Part shown: piece by piece, positions 57,787 to 64,000 of the stretch
How the letters are laid out: each line of letters begins with the position of its first letter
How positions within the stretch are numbered: the stretch's first letter is position 1
Origin: Gemmatimonadaceae bacterium
GTDB taxonomy: Bacteria; Gemmatimonadota; Gemmatimonadetes; Gemmatimonadales; Gemmatimonadaceae
NCBI GenBank assembly: GCA_033763905.1
Contig: JANRJP010000102.1
Span: 1 to 64,000, forward strand
Length of the DNA: 64,000 bases
Direction of reading: 5' to 3'
Position numbers and translations under genes: made by a program
The notes under the pieces: generated by a model
Databases searched by the model: none
What the model was told of the DNA's origin: nothing
Seen by the model: the letters and a program-made list of their open reading frames with translations, nothing else

Positions 57787-59708
57787 GTGGCGTCAGCGGA
57801 TTCCGCTTCGACAATTTCGTCGTCGGGCCGGCGAATCGACTGGCCGTCGCCGCCGCGCGCGCCGTCGCCGAGGGACCGGGCTCGGTGTACAACCCGCTGG
57901 TCATCTACGGCGGCTCGGGGCTGGGCAAGACGCATCTGCTCGGCGCCATCGGGGCGCACGCCACGCACTTGTCGCCCGAGCTGCAGGTCGAGTCGCTGGC
58001 CACCGAGGAGCTGGTGCGCCGCCTCTCCGAGGCGATCGCCACCGGGCAACTCGATGCCTTGACGGCGGCCTTGCAGCGCTCCGACATCCTGCTGCTGGAC
58101 GACGTGCAGTTCCTCACCGGACATCCCGAGACACAGCAAGTGCTGCTGCGGCTGTTCAACCAGCTGCAGGGCGCCGGCAAGCAGATCGTGCTCACGAGCG
58201 ACCGGCCGCCGCAGGACATTCCCGACGTCGACGAACGCCTGGTGACCCGGCTCGCGGGCGGGCTGACGGTCGATGTCGCGTCGCCAGACTTCGAGACGCG
58301 GGTGGCGATTCTCGACGCCAAGTGCCGCGAACGCAGCGTCACCTTGTCGCGGACGCAGCTCGAACAGCTCGCCCAGCGCGACGTCTCGAGTGTGCGTGAG
58401 TTGCAGGGGATGCTCAACCGGATGGTCGCCGAACGGGAGCTGCTCGATCCCGGCGCGACCGCGCGGCCGCTCACGCCCGCGGTGGCACCGCCGGCGTCGG
58501 TGCCCGTGCCGGCCGACGCGCAGTCGATGCGCCCCACCGGCGAGTTCGACAACTTCGTCTCGCGACTCACGGTGGCGGTGCAACGCCACGTCGAGCCGCC
58601 CTGGCGGACCAAGCTGACGGAAGCGGCGGCGCAGTATCGTCGCGAGGGCTGGGCGGTCGGCGTGATCGAGCGCGCGGCGGCGCTGCCGGATGCGCCGGAC
58701 GTCGACGGACTGCTCGGGATGTTCGCGCAGGCCGTGGAGCACCTGCGCCACTTGGAACGGCAGGCGCTCGCGATCGACCCGACGCTCGGCAATCAGCCGT
58801 ACTTCCGGGATGTCGAGCGCGTGCGCGAAGCCGAGACGATCGTCGATCGCCTGCTGGCCGCGACCGCGCCGCCGCCGCAGCCGGATCGGCAGTACACCCG
58901 CGAATCGCTCGCCATCGGCAACGCCAATCAACTGGCGTTGCGCGCCGCCGATGTCGTCGTGGCCGAGCCGGCGACGCGTTATAACCCGTTGGTGATCGTC
59001 GGGGCGGCCGGGACCGGGAAGACGCATCTCCTGCACGCGCTCGCGAATGCGCTCGCGGATCCCGATGGCCCGCACCGGCGCGTGGCCTGCACCACGGCGA
59101 GCGCCTTCAGCGAGGAGCTCATTCTGGCCCTGCGTGACGATACGGTCGATCGCTGGCGGGCGCGCTACCGCTCGGCGGACGTGCTGTGCCTCGACGGCGT
59201 ACACTTCCTCGCGGGCAAGCAGCGGTCGCAGGAAGAGCTCTTTCATCTCTTGAACGCGGCGAAGGAGTTCGGCAAGCAGGTCATCGTGACGAGCGAAGCC
59301 GCACCGCGGGATCTGCCGCGGCTCGAGGAGCGCATCCGCACGCGGCTGGAAGAAGGCCTGGTGGTGGAGCTGCAGCGCCCCGATGCCGCCCTGCGCGCCA
59401 AGCTCGCGACGCACTTCTTCCAGCTGCTGGGCGATGACCCGGAACCGGAAGTGATTGCGGCGATTGCCGACAAGGAGGGGCGCTCGGCGGCGGAGCTGCG
59501 CGACATCGTGGCCAGGGTGCACCGCACCGCGACCGAGGCCGGTGTGAGTGTCGGTCCCGCACTCGTCCATCGGGTGCTCGATCCCGGCCAGTCGTCGGCG
59601 CGCCCCGACCTGCCGACCGACGCGACGGATCGCTTCTTCGTGAATCCCGAGAAGGTGATCTGGGAGTGGCCCGATGCCGGGGCCCGGTTGATCGAGGAGC
59701 TGCGCTGA
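57783..59708 (+). CDS. Tandem DnaA/Hda-type AAA+ protein lacking DnaA domains I and IV
   Basis: Two copies of F..F..G.AN..A, YNPL, G..G.GKTHL, Q..L..L.N and GKQ.V.TS; no DnaA-box-binding HTH. Confidence 0.88.
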   Translation: MSGVSGFRFDNFVVGPANRLAVAAARAVAEGPGSVYNPLVIYGGSGLGKTHLLGAIGAHATHLSPELQVESLATEELVRRLSEAIATGQLDALTAALQRSDILLLDDVQFLTGHPETQQVLLRLFNQLQGAGKQIVLTSDRPPQDIPDVDERLVTRLAGGLTVDVASPDFETRVAILDAKCRERSVTLSRTQLEQLAQRDVSSVRELQGMLNRMVAERELLDPGATARPLTPAVAPPASVPVPADAQSMRPTGEFDNFVSRLTVAVQRHVEPPWRTKLTEAAAQYRREGWAVGVIERAAALPDAPDVDGLLGMFAQAVEHLRHLERQALAIDPTLGNQPYFRDVERVREAETIVDRLLAATAPPPQPDRQYTRESLAIGNANQLALRAADVVVAEPATRYNPLVIVGAAGTGKTHLLHALANALADPDGPHRRVACTTASAFSEELILALRDDTVDRWRARYRSADVLCLDGVHFLAGKQRSQEELFHLLNAAKEFGKQVIVTSEAAPRDLPRLEERIRTRLEEGLVVELQRPDAALRAKLATHFFQLLGDDPEPEVIAAIADKEGRSAAELRDIVARVHRTATEAGVSVGPALVHRVLDPGQSSARPDLPTDATDRFFVNPEKVIWEWPDAGARLIEELR

Positions 59709-61330
59709 TGGCGATCAAGGGCTCGCTCCGCGAAGCGTCGCTGCCGGACGTCTTGCAACTCCTGTCGATGGGCAAGAAGACGGGCTGCTTGAGCGTCTCG
59801 CACAAGAACAATTTCGGCTACATCTATTTCGACAAGGGACGCATCTCGTTCGCGGCGATCGTCAATCGTCGGGATCGGCTCGGTGACATCCTCGTCAAGA
59901 GCGGGGTGATCACGCACGAGCAGCTCGAAGAGACGATCGCGCTCCAGTCGAAGAGCCGCGATATGCGGCTGGGCGATCTGCTCGTCGAGCGCGGTCTGCT
60001 GAGTCGCGAAGCCTTGCACCAGCAGATCACCGTGCAGATCGAAGAGGCGGTGTACTTCCTCTTCACGTGGACGCAGGGGACGTTCTCGTTCGAGGCGGAT
60101 GTGCTGCCCGATCTGCAGGACTTCCTCGTGTCGATCAATCCCGAGTCGCTGCTGCTCGAGGGCGCGCGCCGCGTCGACGAGTGGAGCGTCATCGAGAAGA
60201 AGATTCCGTCGTTCGACGTGGTGTTCGAGCTCGATCGGGCCAAGCTCGCCTTGGCGAACAACGAACTGTCGGCGGAACAGAAGGCGATCGCGCAGCTGAT
60301 CGACGGTCGGCGGGATGTGGCCGAGATCGTCGAAGAGTCGGGGATGATCGAGTTCGACGTGGGCAAGGCGATGTACGGCTTGCTCACGGCCGGCTTCCTG
60401 CATCGCGTGGGAAAGACCAAGCCGCAGCAGTCGGATCCGCAGAGCGAACAGAAACTGCAGGAGCACCGCAATCTCGGCATCGCGTTCTACCGGACGGCGA
60501 TGTATGACGAAGCGCTCCGCGAGTTCCGCCGCGTGCACGAACTGCGGGTCGGCGATCCGGTGGGCCGGTTCTACACGGCGCTACTCTTCCTGCGACAGAA
60601 CAAGACGCAGGAGGCCGTGAGCGTGCTCCAGGATCTCGCGCAACACGGCACGGCCAAGGCCTCGGTGTTCCACAACCTCTCGCTGGCGCTCGAGCGGCTC
60701 GGGCGCTCGGACGAGGCGCGGGCCGCGCTGCAGGAAGCGATGACCCGCGGCGGCGAGACCGATGGGCTCGTGCATCTGTCGCGGGGGGTGTTGTTGCTCA
60801 AGGCGGGCGACCTGGCGGCCGCCGCCGCTGCGGTGGCAGAGGCGCGGCAGCACTTCGGGCGTCGGCCGCCGCCGGCGGTGTGGTTCCACTACGCCGGCCT
60901 GATCGATGCGCTTCGCGGTGACGTCGAGTCGGCCGAGACGGTGCTGCGCGAAGGGACCGAGGTGCATACGCACGCTGCCGTGCTCCATCTCAACCTCGCC
61001 GCAGTGCTCGAACGGCAAGGGAAGTACGAGCTCGCCTTGCAGTCGGCCGATCAGGCCGTGCTCGACGACCCGCAGCTCCCGCAGGCGCACAAGTCGCAGG
61101 GCGATCTCCACTACCGCGCGGGGCGCTTCGACGACGCGTGGGAGTCCTACAGCCGCGCCCTGCGGCTCGCGCCGGCGCTTGGCGCCGATTTGCACGTCAA
61201 GCTCGGCAATCTGCGGTTCAAGCGGCAGGAGACCCGCGATGCCGCCGCGCATTGGGAACGCGCGTTGCAGCTGGACCCGGAGAACGCGACCGCACGCGCG
61301 AATCTCGACGCGCTGGCCAAGGCCCGGTGA
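59708..61330 (+). CDS. DUF4388 (PATAN-like) protein with MshEN motif and TPRs
   Basis: IKGSL, LPDVLQLL, KTG.L, tandem RLG..L...G repeats, LLLEGARRVDEW; C-terminal TPRs. Confidence 0.88.
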   Translation: MAIKGSLREASLPDVLQLLSMGKKTGCLSVSHKNNFGYIYFDKGRISFAAIVNRRDRLGDILVKSGVITHEQLEETIALQSKSRDMRLGDLLVERGLLSREALHQQITVQIEEAVYFLFTWTQGTFSFEADVLPDLQDFLVSINPESLLLEGARRVDEWSVIEKKIPSFDVVFELDRAKLALANNELSAEQKAIAQLIDGRRDVAEIVEESGMIEFDVGKAMYGLLTAGFLHRVGKTKPQQSDPQSEQKLQEHRNLGIAFYRTAMYDEALREFRRVHELRVGDPVGRFYTALLFLRQNKTQEAVSVLQDLAQHGTAKASVFHNLSLALERLGRSDEARAALQEAMTRGGETDGLVHLSRGVLLLKAGDLAAAAAAVAEARQHFGRRPPPAVWFHYAGLIDALRGDVESAETVLREGTEVHTHAAVLHLNLAAVLERQGKYELALQSADQAVLDDPQLPQAHKSQGDLHYRAGRFDDAWESYSRALRLAPALGADLHVKLGNLRFKRQETRDAAAHWERALQLDPENATARANLDALAKAR

Positions 61331-62142
61331 GCCTCGTGACCGCCCACGACGACGGTTCGCTCGACGCCTTGGCGGCGAAGATCGCGCGAGATCGCGGCTT
61401 CGCGGCCGGCTACTACAAGGATACCTGTCTGCGGCGGCGCATCGCCGTGCGGATGCGCGCGAATGGCGTGCACGACTATGCGCAGTACGCGGCGCTGCTC
61501 GACACCCGCGCCGATGAGTACGACAAGTTGCTCGACGCGCTGACGATCAACGTCACGCGGCTGTTCCGGAATCACGAGGCGTGGGAGGCGGTGGAGCGCC
61601 TCGTGTGGCCGTCGCTCTTCGCCGGCGTCGCGCCGGTGACGGTCTGGAGCGCGGGCTGCGCGACCGGCGAAGAGCCCGTGACGATCGTGATGAGCGCGCT
61701 GGCGTCGGGCGCGACGCCGCGGTCGGCCGACCGGCTCGTGGTGCACGCGACGGACATCGATCCGCGCGCACTGGCGCGCGCGCGGGCCGGCGTGTTTCCG
61801 CACAGCGCGTTCGCCGAGACGCCGGGCGAGTGGCGCGATCGCTGGTTCACCGGCCCGGCCCGCGATACCGCCACGCCCGCGCTGCTTGCGCCGATTCGCT
61901 TCGCGCAGCGCGATCTGCTTCAGGATCCGCCGCCCGCGCGAGGGCTGCAGCTCGTGGTCTGCCGCAACGTGATGATCTACTTCGACCGCGAGCCGCAGGA
62001 TCAGTTGCTGCGGACCTTCCACGATGCGCTCGCACCGGGAGGCTTCTTGCTGCTCGGCAAGGTGGAGTCGCTGCTCGGCCCCGCGCGTGCGCTGTTCGAG
62101 GTGGTCGACTCTCGCGAACGGCTGTTCCGGAGGGCGGCGTGA
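61327..62142 (+). CDS. cheR: Chemotaxis methyltransferase CheR
   Basis: LTINVT.LFR, WSAGCATGEE, ATDID, CRNVMIYF and GGFLLLG. Confidence 0.95.
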   Translation: MSLVTAHDDGSLDALAAKIARDRGFAAGYYKDTCLRRRIAVRMRANGVHDYAQYAALLDTRADEYDKLLDALTINVTRLFRNHEAWEAVERLVWPSLFAGVAPVTVWSAGCATGEEPVTIVMSALASGATPRSADRLVVHATDIDPRALARARAGVFPHSAFAETPGEWRDRWFTGPARDTATPALLAPIRFAQRDLLQDPPPARGLQLVVCRNVMIYFDREPQDQLLRTFHDALAPGGFLLLGKVESLLGPARALFEVVDSRERLFRRAA

Positions 62143-62633
62143 CGGTGACCGACTCGCTCACGGTGACCGTCCGCGTGGCCGATGCCGCCGCCGCCCGTGC
62201 CGATGTCACCCTGGTGACGCTGGGGCTGGGTTCCTGCGTCGCGGTGCTGTTGCACAATCCGGTCGTCGGGGCCGGTGCGCTGGCGCATATCCTGCTGCCG
62301 GATGAGTCGCTGTCCCGCGACACCTCGAATCCGGCGAAGTTCGCGACGACGGCCATCCCGCTGATTCTCGACCGGATGGCGAGTTACGGGCCGCTCCGGG
62401 ACGTGACGGCAAAGCTCGTGGGCGGGGCGCGGATGTTCGCGCAGCTGCTTCCCCAGGGCGGCGTCAATATGGGCGAGCGGAATCTGGTGGCGGCGCGGCA
62501 GACCCTGCGCGGCGCCGGCATTCCGATCGCCGCAGAAGACACCGGCGGCGAGTACGGGCGCAGCGTGTATTTCCACGTCGGCACCGGCCGGGTCACGGTG
62601 CGGTCGATCAAGGCCGGTGAGCGCACCCTCTAG
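62139..62633 (+). CDS. cheD: Chemoreceptor glutamine deamidase CheD
   Basis: TLGLGSCV, AHILLP, AKLVGGA.MF, GERN and EDTGG..GR. Confidence 0.95.
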   Translation: MTVTDSLTVTVRVADAAAARADVTLVTLGLGSCVAVLLHNPVVGAGALAHILLPDESLSRDTSNPAKFATTAIPLILDRMASYGPLRDVTAKLVGGARMFAQLLPQGGVNMGERNLVAARQTLRGAGIPIAAEDTGGEYGRSVYFHVGTGRVTVRSIKAGERTL

Positions 62634-63690
62634 CGCCGCGCGCACCGTGCTCGTCGTCGACGACTCCGCGTTTATGCGCAAGGTCGTCAGCGATCTCGTG
62701 GGCGCGTTGCCGGGCTTTCGGGTGATCGGCACGGCGCGAGACGGGCAACACGCGCTGGAGCAGGTGCACACGCTCGACCCCGACATCGTCACCCTCGATG
62801 TCGAGATGCCGGAGCTCGACGGGCTGCAGGCGTTGGGGTACATCATGAGCGAGACCCCGCGGCCGGTCGTGATGCTGTCGGCGGCCGACGGGGCCGATGG
62901 CGCGCTCACGCTGCGCGCGCTCGAACTCGGTGCCGTCGATTTCGTCCGCAAGCCGTCCGGCGCGATCTCGCTGGATCTCACACGCGTGCAGGATCGGCTG
63001 CATCAGGCATTGCTGGCCGCGGCCGAGGCGAATGTGGCGGGCGTGCGAGCCGTGGCTCGCTTGCCCCGGGTCTCGGCGGGCGTCGGCCTGTCGCCGCATA
63101 CGGCGCGCAAGCTCGTCGTGATTGCGTGCTCGACCGGGGGGCCGCGGGCGCTGGTCGAGGTCATTCCGGCGCTGCCGGTGACGCTCGATGCTGCGGTGCT
63201 GGTCGTGCAGCATATGCCCAAGGGCTTCACGCGCTCCCTCGCGGAGCGCCTCGATCACGCGAGTCGCTGTACCGTGCGTGAGGCCGCAGACGGCGCCGCC
63301 CTGCAGCGCGGGCTCGTGTATGTCGCCCCGGGCGGGCGGCATCTGGTGGTGGGCGAGCGTCCCGAGGGGCCCTGCTGCTCGATCGACGACTCGCCGCCGG
63401 TCTGGGGGGTGCGACCGGCCGCCGACGTCCTCTTTCGGAGCGCCGCCCGGGCTTACGGCGCGTCGGTCGTCGGCGTGGTGCTCACCGGGATGGGGCGGGA
63501 CGGTGCCGAAGGCTTGTCGCGCATCCGCGAGGCGGGCGGCCGCGCCATCGTGCAAGACCGCGAAACAAGCACGATCTACGGAATGCCCCAGGCGGCGTTG
63601 CAGATTGCCGGCGCCGATCAGGTCGTGCCGTTGAGCGGCGTCGCGACGGCGATTCGCGAACTGGTGGCCACTGTGCCGGAGGCGGCGTGA
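62617..63690 (+). CDS. cheB: Chemotaxis response regulator methylesterase CheB
   Basis: REC domain (VDDS, LDVEMP); STGG, QHMP and TGMG.DG. Confidence 0.96.
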   Translation: MSAPSSAARTVLVVDDSAFMRKVVSDLVGALPGFRVIGTARDGQHALEQVHTLDPDIVTLDVEMPELDGLQALGYIMSETPRPVVMLSAADGADGALTLRALELGAVDFVRKPSGAISLDLTRVQDRLHQALLAAAEANVAGVRAVARLPRVSAGVGLSPHTARKLVVIACSTGGPRALVEVIPALPVTLDAAVLVVQHMPKGFTRSLAERLDHASRCTVREAADGAALQRGLVYVAPGGRHLVVGERPEGPCCSIDDSPPVWGVRPAADVLFRSAARAYGASVVGVVLTGMGRDGAEGLSRIREAGGRAIVQDRETSTIYGMPQAALQIAGADQVVPLSGVATAIRELVATVPEAA

Positions 63691-64000
63691 GCACCCCGCG
63701 TCCACCGGAGGCGATCCCGATGCGGATGCCGACGCCAACGCAGTTGGCGGCGATCCTCAATCCCGATGCACCGCCCGCGCCGCCGCCGGCCATCCTCGAA
63801 CCCGAGTTGCCCCCCGTCGCGCGCGCGCCGCTCAAGTCGTTACGGGCCCGCTTGGCCGATCGGGAGTCGGTGCCGATGCTCGTGCTGGAGGCGGGCAGCG
63901 AGCGGTACGTGGCGTCGCTGGCCGACGTGCTCGAAGCCGTCGACGCACCCGACATCCATCCGCTCCCGCGGATGTCCGGCGCGACCCGTGGGGTGCTACC
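63687..64000 (+). CDS. cheW: Second CheW-like protein, truncated by the window end
   Basis: GTG overlaps the cheB stop; Pro-rich N-terminus, then MLVLEAGSERYVASLADVLEAV and HPLPRM...RGV. Confidence 0.7.
   Translation, partial: MSTPRPPEAIPMRMPTPTQLAAILNPDAPPAPPPAILEPELPPVARAPLKSLRARLADRESVPMLVLEAGSERYVASLADVLEAVDAPDIHPLPRMSGATRGVL

Noticed and set aside
57783..59708. Annotation as the replication initiator dnaA, with oriC nearby
   Set aside because: No domain I or IV, duplicated AAA+ module, no dnaN or gyr neighbours, no intergenic AT-rich gap, and no TTATCCACA cluster noticed

Overview
A high-GC bacterial chromosomal segment. Its gene content (Ser/Thr kinase-TPR fusion, CruG-like glycosyltransferase, many exported amidohydrolases and lipoproteins, tilS-hpt-ftsH, yggS-divIVA-PNP-ileS) suggests Gemmatimonadota; this is an inference only. 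Bases 1-36.4 kb are accessory and envelope genes: amidohydrolases, a methyltransferase plus 2OG-Fe dioxygenase pair, a kinase, fahA, a penicillin acylase, an LpoB/COG3014 lipoprotein operon, an MCP and a two-component pair. From 40.4 kb to the window end there is one near-continuous + strand gene run that joins housekeeping genes to an F1/Dif-like chemosensory system. Two candidates for an undescribed system stand out. (1) A block at 51.6-61.3 kb, inserted between cheWYAC and cheRDBW. It encodes TPR scaffolds, two DUF4388/PATAN proteins with MshEN-type c-di-GMP motifs, three roadblock proteins, a group-1 MglA GTPase, and a tandem DnaA-type AAA+ protein that has no DNA-binding domain and a degenerate second ATPase site. 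(2) An operon at 8.1-11.3 kb encoding a membrane protein with a duplicated PmoC/AmoC-like D-x3-H-x12/13-H metal motif, followed by an exported His/Met-rich protein with a predicted N-terminal His and PmoB-like topology. Other points: an unannotated 50-aa membrane protein with its own RBS and terminator, a GIHH-motif IleRS2, tandem lspA genes and a catalytically degenerate CsgA-like SDR. No rRNA, tRNA, CRISPR array or mobile element was recognised. All calls come from motif reading by eye; no database searches were run.
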